DNA of 64,000 bases from a virus. Of the stretch, positions 17,425 to 26,036 are shown one piece after another (positions within the stretch are counted from its first letter, which is position 1; each line of letters starts with the position of its first letter). Where the stretch lies: positions 9,671 through 73,670 of IMG/VR virus record IMGVR_UViG_3300008266_009503; one strand, 5' to 3'. A program made the position numbers and the translations under genes. A model generated the notes under the pieces. That model was not told the DNA's origin. It saw only the letters and a list, made by a program, of their open reading frames with translations, and did no database searches.

Positions 17425-17867
17425 TGGACCTAGCAGGACTCGAACCTGCGTCTCCGAAAGCGATAATAATACTAACGTCTCACATGCTTAGTACTGTATT
17501 TCTACTGCACCGTAGGGCTGACCTTTATGGTCGTTTCCACCACCTAGTTTACCAACTAGGAAATTACCTATCTTTTTACGACTTTAGCTTCAGTCGGAGA
17601 GATGATTCAAGATGTCTCGAAGTCTCCCATTCCACGGTCCTTATTTAGCGAGTCGATCGTGAACGCTCAGAGTAGTTCTGTTCCTAGGTTACTCACCCGA
17701 GGCTAATTAGGCTGCTAGAGCGTAATCAGCGCCTACGAAAGACATTACGTCATCGAAGGTCATTGTTGACATTTCGTCAGTTATTGTTTGCAGTTTTTTA
17801 AGGCGACTCTACCAAACGCCTGCATGTAGTATTACCTCAACATCCGGATCAATTCCAAGATAGGCCC
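17425..17867 (-). ncRNA. ssrA: tmRNA
   Basis: GGGCCTA/TAGGTCC acceptor with G3-U70 and A73; GCAGG-TTCGAGT-CCTGC T-arm; internal frame 17778-17707 DEMSTMTFDDVMSFVGADYALAA* following AATAACT. Confidence 0.93.
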
Positions 17868-17951
17868 ATATGTACAAAGAACTTATAATAAATAGTAAAA
17901 GGAGTTTCAACGGTATCCTTTCCGAGCGTTACCCTCGACATCTCGGGATTG

Positions 17952-18116
17952 TTATTTAGCTACTGCACTATCAGCAGCAATTTGAGCTACAGTCGAATCA
18001 ACTGCACCAACAGCACTGTCAACTTGAACAGCAACTGAGTCGGTGGTTACTTCTGTAGAAGTACCTCCACAAGCAGCCAAAGCTACGATTGCGAAAATTG
18101 CGATTACTTTTTTCAT
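17952..18116 (-). CDS. 54-aa lipoprotein (not in ORF track)
   Basis: MKKVIAIFAIVALAACGGTSTEVTTDSVAVQVDSAVGAVDSTVAQIAADSAVAK; lipobox LAAC; TATTTAT motif upstream. Confidence 0.85.
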   Translation of the reverse strand: MKKVIAIFAIVALAACGGTSTEVTTDSVAVQVDSAVGAVDSTVAQIAADSAVAK

Positions 18117-18142
18117 TTTTCTTTTTTTAGTTAATAAATAAA

Positions 18143-18394
18143 TTATCTGAATTGTGATAATACTTGAGTCAGTTGCGGTTTAGACATTACACCGGAGTTT
18201 CTATAAACTATACTACCGTTACTCTCTACTAGGATAGTAGGAACGCTAGTAATACCGTACTTTTGTGCGAGATCTTTTTGAGTATCTACATCGACAATAT
18301 TTACATTAATTCCAAGCTCTGACTGAACCTGTTGTAAGGTAGGTCTAAACATTTTGCAAGGGGAGCACCGTGATGCTGTAAAATAAAATACCAT
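18143..18394 (-). CDS. Thioredoxin-like protein
   Basis: FTASRCSPCK, VDVD...LA.KYGI.SVPT. Confidence 0.85.
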   Translation of the reverse strand: MVFYFTASRCSPCKMFRPTLQQVQSELGINVNIVDVDTQKDLAQKYGITSVPTILVESNGSIVYRNSGVMSKPQLTQVLSQFR

Positions 18395-18421
18395 TTATCT
18401 TCTTTTTATAAAAATATGAAC

Positions 18422-18763
18422 TTATTCTGGATCTTCCAACTTCAACGAATACTTTTCTTGAACTCCCGGTATGGCACTCATTGTAAATTCTACTCTGTAA
18501 GTTGAGTTTAGAGTTGTTACAAGATAATATCCTTGATGTTCTTCAATTTTCTTTACTTCGGAGGTATGAAAATATCTATCCGGACCATCTAAAATAAAGA
18601 AGCATTGATACTTGTTAGACAACTCTAAATGTAAAATACCCTCTTTCACAGCTCCCTCGTAGATTTGATTTGGATGTTCTCCGAAAAACCTATTGTCTCT
18701 AAGTTTTGTGAGCTTTAGTGGAATTTTTGCGTACTTATCAAAGTCTATTAATTTCTTTTCCAT
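18422..18763 (-). CDS. Hypothetical phage protein
   Basis: Packed ORF; TSEVKKI...T.NSTY motif. Confidence 0.65.
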   Translation of the reverse strand: MEKKLIDFDKYAKIPLKLTKLRDNRFFGEHPNQIYEGAVKEGILHLELSNKYQCFFILDGPDRYFHTSEVKKIEEHQGYYLVTTLNSTYRVEFTMSAIPGVQEKYSLKLEDPE

Positions 18764-18764
18764 A

Positions 18765-19502
18765 TTATAAAATGTTTATTTCTCTATTACTCCAATCAGC
18801 TTCTACTTCCCAGGGTTTATTAGACGGATAGTAAAACTCATCACAAGTACTAGCATTGAAGTAATGTGTATCCACATCATAGTCGTACCCGTAACTCTCA
18901 TGTATATGTCCACTTATGTGTATAAGAGGTTTTACCTTCTGTACAGCAGTCCGTAACTGATCACATCCCACATACTCTTGTGTCCCTGGAATATAATCTA
19001 ACTTATAAGAAACTGGTCCGTGTGTAACTACTACATCTGTTTCTTGCGGTATTTGATCCCACACTTCCCAAATCTCAGCTCCTCTATGCTTATTAAAAGC
19101 CCACCTGTCTCCGTGAAACCAAGGAGTAATTGGAGACCCCCAGATATTAACTCCCCCTATGTTTACCGAACTATTTTCTAAGTAAGCTACGTTTGAAGGT
19201 AAGCCGAGCAACTCTTTTTGAAGCCAAACCGGCTTTACACCTTCCGTATCATCTTCGTAACGGTTAAACTTAGGATCAAAAGAACGGTCATGGTTTCCAG
19301 CTACGAAGACAATACCGTAAGTATAGTTACTCGCAAACTTAGTACACCACTCCAAAAAGCTTTCTACTTCGTCTTTTCCTCCAACTCCGGAAAAATCTCC
19401 TGCATGGATAAGCAAATCTCCAGGGGGAAGAAAATAGTTTGTTCCTTTAGAAGTTAAGTGTTTATGCCTGTTATGTGTATCACTAATTAAAACTAATTTC
19501 AT
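18765..19502 (-). CDS. Calcineurin-like metallophosphoesterase
   Basis: ISDTH, HAGD, AGNHD, THGP, GHIHE. Confidence 0.92.
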   Translation of the reverse strand: MKLVLISDTHNRHKHLTSKGTNYFLPPGDLLIHAGDFSGVGGKDEVESFLEWCTKFASNYTYGIVFVAGNHDRSFDPKFNRYEDDTEGVKPVWLQKELLGLPSNVAYLENSSVNIGGVNIWGSPITPWFHGDRWAFNKHRGAEIWEVWDQIPQETDVVVTHGPVSYKLDYIPGTQEYVGCDQLRTAVQKVKPLIHISGHIHESYGYDYDVDTHYFNASTCDEFYYPSNKPWEVEADWSNREINIL

Positions 19503-19565
19503 CTCCTAAATATATGGATTCTTTACTGAAATGCCTAATATAAATAGAACTTTGAGAGAAACTAA

Positions 19566-21230
19566 TTAGAAATTACCCATATTCATCTCTTCTTCCTTCT
19601 TTTTATCGTCTTTTTTCTCAAAAATAACTGATTCAGTAGTAAGAATTGTTCCGGCAACAGAAGCTGCATTTTCGATAGCAGTACGTGTTACTTTAGCTGG
19701 ATCGAGAAGACCTGATTCTTGGGCTGTAACTACGTTTTGAGTCTTAGCATTATAGGTAAACAGCATATCTTCACCGCCATTACCTACTAAGTCCATCCTA
19801 GCATCAGCAACTTCTCTGAGAATAGAGTAGTAATCTTCTATTCCGCAGTTACTGAGAATTGTTTTAAATGGCTGAAAGCATGCTTTACGTACTATATCAA
19901 AGCCAAGCATTTCATCTGCAGAGACTTCTTTTGGTTTAATTGAAAGACCGTTAAATGCTTCGATAAGAGCAATGCCTCCTCCGGGTACTACCCCTTCTAC
20001 GAGTGCTGCTTTAGTAGCAAATAAAGCATCTTCTACTCTATCTCTTTTCTCTTTAATTTCGATATCAGAGTTACCGCCTACTGAAATAATAGCTACACCG
20101 CCTACCAGTTTTCCAAGCCTTTCTTGAAGCTTTTCTTTTTCGTAGAAAGAAGTAGCTTTTTCAACCTGATCTTTAATCTCTTCTGCTCTTGCACCAATCG
20201 CTTCTACAGTTCCTTGTCCGTCTACTACTGTAGTGTTTTCTTTAGATACGTTAACTATCCTAGCTTTTCCAAACATTTCTACAAGCTGTATAGGAGTAAG
20301 TTTGTCGAGTTTATGTCCTTTGTTCTTAGAAATAACTTGGCCTCCTGTTAGGATAGCTAGATCTTCTAGAATCAATGTACGCCTTTCTCCAAAATCGGGA
20401 GCTTTTACTGCTACTACACTTACAACTCCTCTCATTTTATTTACGATCAAAGTAGCCAACGCCTCATCTTCAATATCTTCTGCTACAACAAGGATAGATT
20501 TACTATCAGAATTAGCTTTACTCAAAGCATTGAGAAGTTCTGCAGCTTTTGTAATACGTCCGTCGTAGATCATAATATACGGCTCATTTAGTACAGCCTG
20601 CATACTTGTATTATTCGTAACAAAGTACGGAGATTTATAACCTCTATCAAATTGCATACCTTCTACGATCTCAAGACTTGTCTCTCCTGTTTTAGATTCT
20701 TCGATAGTAACAATACCTTCACGGCCTACTTTCTCAATCGCCGTAGAAATTAACTCACCTACCTCGGTGTCATTATTAGCTGAAATAGTAGCTACTTGCT
20801 TAATTTGATCTTGAGAGGCAATATCCTTAGCAATCTCTTTAAGCCTGCTAACAACCTGTCCTACATACTTATCAATACCTTTTTTTACTTCTACGGGATT
20901 AGAACCTTGGTTAATCAACTTCAGACCCTCTTCTACCATAGTAGTAGCAAGTAGAGTGGAAGTTGTAGTACCATCGCCTGCTTCGTTAGCAGACTTAATG
21001 GATACCTGTTTTACAAGCTGTGCACCGAGATCTTCTACTTGATCTTCTAATTCATGAAAAGAACGAGCAACTGTAACACCATCCTTAGTTACTTTAACCT
21101 CTCCTGATTGTTCTTTAATTAAGACTGTTCTACCTCCAGGGCCTAGTGTGGAAGAAACTGATTGATTTAGTTTCTTAATACCTGCTAGTAGTTTGTTCTT
21201 TAATTCTGTTCCGAAAACTGTTGTTGTCAT
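19566..21230 (-). CDS. groEL: Chaperonin GroEL
   Basis: [54 protein letters not shown]. Confidence 0.98.
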   Translation of the reverse strand: MTTTVFGTELKNKLLAGIKKLNQSVSSTLGPGGRTVLIKEQSGEVKVTKDGVTVARSFHELEDQVEDLGAQLVKQVSIKSANEAGDGTTTSTLLATTMVEEGLKLINQGSNPVEVKKGIDKYVGQVVSRLKEIAKDIASQDQIKQVATISANNDTEVGELISTAIEKVGREGIVTIEESKTGETSLEIVEGMQFDRGYKSPYFVTNNTSMQAVLNEPYIMIYDGRITKAAELLNALSKANSDSKSILVVAEDIEDEALATLIVNKMRGVVSVVAVKAPDFGERRTLILEDLAILTGGQVISKNKGHKLDKLTPIQLVEMFGKARIVNVSKENTTVVDGQGTVEAIGARAEEIKDQVEKATSFYEKEKLQERLGKLVGGVAIISVGGNSDIEIKEKRDRVEDALFATKAALVEGVVPGGGIALIEAFNGLSIKPKEVSADEMLGFDIVRKACFQPFKTILSNCGIEDYYSILREVADARMDLVGNGGEDMLFTYNAKTQNVVTAQESGLLDPAKVTRTAIENAASVAGTILTTESVIFEKKDDKKKEEEMNMGNF

Positions 21231-21231
21231 A

Positions 21232-21522
21232 TTAAGCTATTTTTGAGTAAATGTCTTGTTCTTTGCAAATAAAATATTCGTCACCTTCTACTGTAATTCT
21301 TACAGAACCTAACTTTGGAATAAGGACTTTATCTCCAACGGAGAGTTGAGAAGGTACAAACTTATCTGAGTTGTAGTTATAAGTTTCTGAAATAGAAACT
21401 ACTTCTCCCATCTCTGGTCTTTCTTTTCCGAGATCTGGAATAACAATGTTACCGTACATCTGTTCTTCCTCTTCGATCGGTTTAATAACGATGTAACCGT
21501 TTAGTGGACTTAAATTACTCAT
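21232..21522 (-). CDS. groES: Co-chaperonin GroES
   Basis: LSPL...IVIKP...G.IVIPD..KE.P..GEVV...VGDKV; adjacent to groEL. Confidence 0.93.
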   Translation of the reverse strand: MSNLSPLNGYIVIKPIEEEEQMYGNIVIPDLGKERPEMGEVVSISETYNYNSDKFVPSQLSVGDKVLIPKLGSVRITVEGDEYFICKEQDIYSKIA

Positions 21523-21527
21523 GTTTT

Positions 21528-21716
21528 TTATTTAAATTCTTCAATAATTTCTAAATCGGGGATAGTTTCAAGAAAGTATAGTACCCCGTCTTTCTTCAAT
21601 ACGGTATCGGCTCTAAGATATTCTTTCCAAGCATCTATGTTTGGATTCAAGTCTTCTCTTAGAAGTCTTTTAACTACAAAAATCTTATCTTGAAATTTAA
21701 GGAATTCTGATTTCAT
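21528..21716 (-). CDS. Hypothetical protein
   Basis: Packed ORF of 62 aa. Confidence 0.6.
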   Translation of the reverse strand: MKSEFLKFQDKIFVVKRLLREDLNPNIDAWKEYLRADTVLKKDGVLYFLETIPDLEIIEEFK

Positions 21717-21722
21717 AACCTA

Positions 21723-22248
21723 GTACTTAGCAGGCCTTTTTTTATTTTTTCTGGGAAAGTGTTTTTAAAGGTTTAATTTCAACCTTACGTATAGCCTTTC
21801 CTTCAGCAACTGGAATGCCTAGTACAAGCAATCCTTTATCGAGAGAAGCTTCTAGTTTGGAGAGATCAAACTTAGAAGAAATCTTCCAGCTTAAATCAAA
21901 TCCAGATCTTTTAATTCCTCTGTATATTATTGCTTCCTGGTCTATTGGTTTTGTTCTTTCGTATCTAATACGAAGCTGCTCTCCTTCAACGAGAATTTCA
22001 ATATCTTCTTCGTTAAGACCTACTGCAGCAATCTCAAAACGAATACCGTCTTGTGTTTCAAAGATGTCTACGGGGTGTGTAATTTTCTGTGTGATGTCGT
22101 AAAATTGCGGAGAAGCATTGAATAAATCTTTCCACAAAAGATCAAATTGATCCAATTCGAATGGTCTAATGAACGTCATAGTTTCAAGTTTGTGTTCCCT
22201 TCCGGTGAACGGTTAATTAATGTTTATAACTGAAGGCCTGCTAAGTAC
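21723..22248. repeat. Perfect 16-bp inverted repeat at 21723-21738 and 22233-22248 enclosing hsp20
   Basis: gtacttagcaggcctt ... aaggcctgctaagtac. Confidence 0.9.
21742..22179 (-). CDS. Small heat-shock protein Hsp20
   Basis: PVDI.E....IA.VG...EDI.I, YRGI..S.F, A.L..GLL...IP alpha-crystallin domain. Confidence 0.92.
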   Translation of the reverse strand: MTFIRPFELDQFDLLWKDLFNASPQFYDITQKITHPVDIFETQDGIRFEIAAVGLNEEDIEILVEGEQLRIRYERTKPIDQEAIIYRGIKRSGFDLSWKISSKFDLSKLEASLDKGLLVLGIPVAEGKAIRKVEIKPLKTLSQKK

Positions 22249-22289
22249 CTTGTTTATTTTTGATAAATATATAGAACTCTGCAAAACAT

Positions 22290-22592
22290 TTATTTTTTCT
22301 CGGGTTTAATTTTTTCTAAGTATTCCCATAAAGACTCAAAACTCTGACAAATTAAGTTTTTATTTTCGTCCCAAGCTTCAAATCCTCTACTACCGTATTC
22401 ATTTTCATAACAAAACCAACTCCACCAATCATATCCCTCCTCTCCATACACTTCTTTAATCAACTCGGTAATTACAGCGTTGTACGGATCTACAAAATCT
22501 ATTAAATCAATTCGCTTTGTGTATAACTCACTTAACAATTCATCTTGCTGTTTAAGCTGCATTGTTATTTTTAAAAATCTTTCGTATGTCAT
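22290..22592 (-). CDS. Hypothetical phage protein
   Basis: DWWSWFCYE..YG....FESLWEYL motif; starts about 14 nt after tRNA-like element 4. Confidence 0.7.
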   Translation of the reverse strand: MTYERFLKITMQLKQQDELLSELYTKRIDLIDFVDPYNAVITELIKEVYGEEGYDWWSWFCYENEYGSRGFEAWDENKNLICQSFESLWEYLEKIKPEKK

Positions 22593-22605
22593 AACTTAAT
22601 TTTAG

Positions 22606-22699
22606 TAGTCAGGACAGGATTCGAACCTGTGTAAAGTTTACAAGCTTTAACTACCACATTCATTAGTGGTATGCGTTATACCTATTCCATCACCTGACT
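22606..22699 (-). ncRNA. tRNA-like element 4 (8-nt loop in anticodon position)
   Basis: AGTCAGG/CCTGACT; TACCAC-TAATGAAT-GTGGTA; TAAAG/CTTTA variable stem; ACAGG-TTCGAAT-CCTGT. Confidence 0.75.
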
Positions 22700-22725
22700 A
22701 TTTGCTCTCTATACTCTTTAACAAC

Positions 22726-22758
22726 CTAAAGATAGAAGTTTTCTGTTAAAAAAACAAC
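22726..22758 (-). promoter_or_regulatory. Bacteroidota-type sigma70-like promoter (GTTG-N20-TATCTTTAG)
   Basis: The same spacing recurs at 36171-36201, 43841-43873 and 55182-55214; resembles TTTG / TAnnTTTG. Confidence 0.55.
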
Positions 22759-25071
22759 CTAATGGCCATCTCTAAAATTTACCGAAACTTCTGGAATTGC
22801 AATCAACTCTACTCCGTCCAGTTTAGTTGTATTTTCCATACAGTCTTGAACTATCTCACAAGCCCTTGATACATCTTCTTCCCTAACTTGACAGATTAAC
22901 TGGTCATGTATCTGACAAATAACCTGTCCTACAATATTCTCCCTTTGAAATCTCCTGTTTATTTGTAAAGCTGCACGGTTTACTATACTTGCAGAATAAC
23001 TTTGAATTTGAAAGTTTAAACAGTTATTAAGTGCATTCTTATAGTCCCGGTATAGACTAGTAACATACTCAATTCCATAGTCTTTTTCGAGTTCTTTTCT
23101 AAATCGCCAATCTTCAATAAGCTTATCTCCTAGTGCAGCATAAATCTCTTTAGCTTGCGGTAGGTGTCTCACACGTCCTACTTTATTTTTAATATAACCT
23201 TGCTCCTTTACAAACTTACGAGAATTCTCTCTCCACTCTCTCAGTTGAGGAAATCCGTCAAGGTAACCTTCTATAAGCCTTTCTCCTTCTTTTCTATCTA
23301 CGCCCAGTGACATTGCTAGAGCATACCCGGACATACCGTACGGCACACCCAGAGAATAAGCTTTTGCTGTCTGTCTTTTAACCGGATCTACTTTTTTAAG
23401 GAAGTTAGGAGCTTTTGTGTGGGCACTAACTCCTTCTAATTTTTCAGTTTTTATAGCAATGTGAGAATAAAAGTCAAGATCGTTGTTAAAGATATCTTTT
23501 AATCCCTGATCACCTGCCACAGTAGCGAATACTCTAGGTTCTAGTGAAGCATAGTCAGTATCTAAAACCTTAGTACCTTCGTCTGCAATAAAGAACGCTC
23601 GAACTAGGTTAGTATAGTTCATAATCATTTCTTCATCCTGTCCTGGTTCAAGAGGTTTAGGTAATTGCTGCATATCCGATCCATAACGTCCCGATACGGT
23701 GCCGTTTTGCTTAAAGTACGGGTAAAACTTACCATCTTCTGCTGAATCTAAAAATCGATCTACATACGCAGTTTTAATCTTAGTAAGCTTGTTGTATAAA
23801 CGAAGGTGTTTTGCCCAAGTATATTTGTCTTTAATAGACTGAATCATATCTTCGTCGAACTGTGCTTTACCTTTAGTAGTTGACGAAATAGGTTTTTCGC
23901 CTAGAACATTAAAAGCTATTTTACCCATTTGATCCTTAGACTGAATATTAAAAAACTGCCCACTATTATCTTCTTTCCAAAGAGAGAGGCTAGTTCTTAC
24001 TATTTGATCTTTAGTTAGGTAGGTTGTATCGCCAGTTATTAGAAAATCTTTAAGAGCTGAGTTAGGAAGTCCAGATACAGCTGCTTTGTTAATCGTAAAC
24101 TTACCTGTTTTTTCTGATTTAGGTAATTCTATGTTATTATGCTCAAGCAGTCTTTGTGCAAAAATACCTTTACTCTTAGGAGGGTAAGCTTCTACAGCCT
24201 GATCTATAATCCAACCCCTGACTTTAGGCTCTTTTAATAGTTCTTGAACTACCAAGACAGACTGCTCTTCTAAGTCCTTAGCTATTCTGTCTCTAGTTTC
24301 TTGAATTAGAGGGATATCTAACCTTATACCGTGTTCTTCCATTGGTATAGTAACCTCTCTATAAACAGGCATAACTTCCTCTTCAAAGAAAAACTTATCT
24401 AGACCTTCTTTGATTAACACTTCTAAGAAATGCTTATAGATACGTAGAGTCAAGTCAGTATCGGCTGCTGCATACTTAGATAAAATCTCTAGGTCTGCTT
24501 TGTAAATTTCGTAACTCTCCTTAGAAGTAGATCCGCCATTAGCTTTAATACTATCCTTCAATGCTACCTGCTCTTCATTAGCTTCCTTCTCAACATCCAA
24601 TCCAATTTCTTTCTGTACCATTATAGCAATCGGTTTCAAACCAAACGGACTACCGTATCCGAAAGCTCCTTCTTCTTTTACTGTATGTACTAGTAAAGAA
24701 GTATCTGCATGAAGAGAAGGAAGCAAATTAATCCCATAAAAACACTTTACATACCGTAAGTCGAAAGAGGCGTTATGGCATATAAGTTTTTTATTTATGA
24801 GTTGATTAATAACAAACTTAGTTAATTCATGCGCTCCTTTACCTTCTATCTGTACTTCCTCTAATCGGTCTACATTCCATATCATAGTAGGCATATAAAA
24901 ACCTTTACCTACCTCTCCGGAGACAGAAAATCCTATAATACGCCCTTTACGCGGGTTCAGACTATCAGTCTCGGTATCGAAAGCTATGTACTCATTTTCC
25001 CTAATGTGTTGAATTAGTTCTTTTAAAGTTTCTTTGCTGTTTACAGTTACATAACTTTTTTGTTGTACCAT
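22759..25071 (-). CDS. polA: Family A DNA polymerase (3'-5' exonuclease plus polymerase, no 5'-3' exonuclease)
   Basis: FDTET, HNASFD, YAAAD; GTVSGR; DYASLEPR (motif A); RQTAKAYSLGVPYG (B); QIHDQ (C). Confidence 0.95.
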   Translation of the reverse strand: MVQQKSYVTVNSKETLKELIQHIRENEYIAFDTETDSLNPRKGRIIGFSVSGEVGKGFYMPTMIWNVDRLEEVQIEGKGAHELTKFVINQLINKKLICHNASFDLRYVKCFYGINLLPSLHADTSLLVHTVKEEGAFGYGSPFGLKPIAIMVQKEIGLDVEKEANEEQVALKDSIKANGGSTSKESYEIYKADLEILSKYAAADTDLTLRIYKHFLEVLIKEGLDKFFFEEEVMPVYREVTIPMEEHGIRLDIPLIQETRDRIAKDLEEQSVLVVQELLKEPKVRGWIIDQAVEAYPPKSKGIFAQRLLEHNNIELPKSEKTGKFTINKAAVSGLPNSALKDFLITGDTTYLTKDQIVRTSLSLWKEDNSGQFFNIQSKDQMGKIAFNVLGEKPISSTTKGKAQFDEDMIQSIKDKYTWAKHLRLYNKLTKIKTAYVDRFLDSAEDGKFYPYFKQNGTVSGRYGSDMQQLPKPLEPGQDEEMIMNYTNLVRAFFIADEGTKVLDTDYASLEPRVFATVAGDQGLKDIFNNDLDFYSHIAIKTEKLEGVSAHTKAPNFLKKVDPVKRQTAKAYSLGVPYGMSGYALAMSLGVDRKEGERLIEGYLDGFPQLREWRENSRKFVKEQGYIKNKVGRVRHLPQAKEIYAALGDKLIEDWRFRKELEKDYGIEYVTSLYRDYKNALNNCLNFQIQSYSASIVNRAALQINRRFQRENIVGQVICQIHDQLICQVREEDVSRACEIVQDCMENTTKLDGVELIAIPEVSVNFRDGH

Positions 25072-25109
25072 ACTAATTCTTTAGCTTACTACACTTACCT
25101 ACTAGCGTT

Positions 25110-25280
25110 TTAAAATTCTTCTACTATACCAAGTATCTCAGCTCCAATCAATAGCCCTCCGGCTGTATTGAAATACCACTGATCGGCGTACATTAAAGCG
25201 ATACCAGCGCATATTCGTACTCCTGATTTAATCAAGCTGATATTGAAGTGCCAAGTTGATTTACTTTCTTTCGGTTGCAT
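25110..25280 (-). CDS. Small membrane protein (56 aa, not in ORF track)
   Basis: MQPKESKSTWHFNISLIKSGVRICAG...AEILGIVEEF fills the gap. Confidence 0.65.
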   Translation of the reverse strand: MQPKESKSTWHFNISLIKSGVRICAGIALMYADQWYFNTAGGLLIGAEILGIVEEF

Positions 25281-25290
25281 AGTTTATGTT

Positions 25291-25833
25291 TTATAGACTT
25301 GAACTTCTCTGCTTATCGTTTTGCCACTGCCCGTCATAGAGCTCTTCTACAGGACTGCATTCATGAAAATAAATCTGAGCTACTCTAGCATCCTCTTCAA
25401 TAAAAATAGTTTCAGTAACAAGCATGATAGTACCCATATTCTCTGTTTCGAATCCTGGATCAAATACTGGAGAGTTAATCAATGTACCGTTACGCCACAG
25501 AGATGAACGCTGCTTAATAAAAGCTGTTCTGTTTGCAGGAATTTTACATCCTTCCCAAAAGGTGATATCGTAAGTTCCTGGATATAGTAACCATCCTTCT
25601 ACTCCGTCTACTTGTTTAGTATCGACAGCTGTATAGGTAGTTAATTCAGTTTTGTCTTTTAGTACTTTACCTATTTTATTATCAGAGTAAATACTATTAG
25701 CCATACCCTCAACACTAATACCTATTCGCTGTACTTCTTTAAGTGATAAATCATAACCTACTTGTGCAGGTTTGCCTTTAGAATCCTCTACCTTAAGTAA
25801 GTTTTCCTCTAAGATCTGTTTTGAATTTAGCAT
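25291..25833 (-). CDS. Trimeric dUTPase/dCTP deaminase family protein
   Basis: GYDL, RSS..R.G, FDPGF, RVAQI, Y.GQWQ. Confidence 0.85.
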   Translation of the reverse strand: MLNSKQILEENLLKVEDSKGKPAQVGYDLSLKEVQRIGISVEGMANSIYSDNKIGKVLKDKTELTTYTAVDTKQVDGVEGWLLYPGTYDITFWEGCKIPANRTAFIKQRSSLWRNGTLINSPVFDPGFETENMGTIMLVTETIFIEEDARVAQIYFHECSPVEELYDGQWQNDKQRSSSL

Positions 25834-25834
25834 A

Positions 25835-26023
25835 TTATTTCTTTTTAAATGGAAATTTTTTATTTAACGTACGTTTTCTCCTCTCACAACCGCAATCCTC
25901 TTTACCGAAAAAACGTGCTACCTTCTCGGCTAACTTATCAATACCGAGAACATTAGTTATCTTAGCAATAACATCGCCAAGTCCTTCGGAAGGTTTCTTT
26001 GAATTAAATTCCTCTGTTTTCAT
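25835..26023 (-). CDS. Small conserved phage protein
   Basis: GLGD.IAKIT...GI....DCGC..R...LN. Confidence 0.7.
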   Translation of the reverse strand: MKTEEFNSKKPSEGLGDVIAKITNVLGIDKLAEKVARFFGKEDCGCERRKRTLNKKFPFKKK

Positions 26024-26036
26024 ATAAATTTTTAAC

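Noticed and set aside
17424-17648. Plus-strand 74-aa ORF
   Set aside because: It is the antisense of the tmRNA 3' part; MDLAGLEPAS is the typical shadow of a T-arm.
17897-17947. Two small hairpins between the lipoprotein gene and the tmRNA promoter motif
   Set aside because: The stems are short and the loop complementarity is not coherent; it may be only a weak terminator.
15461-22699. Repeated GTCAGG..AGGATTCGAACCT as a CRISPR array
   Set aside because: Spacing is irregular (hundreds to thousands of bp), the repeats are tRNA arms, and there is no cas operon; the PD-(D/E)XK nuclease is a common stand-alone phage gene.
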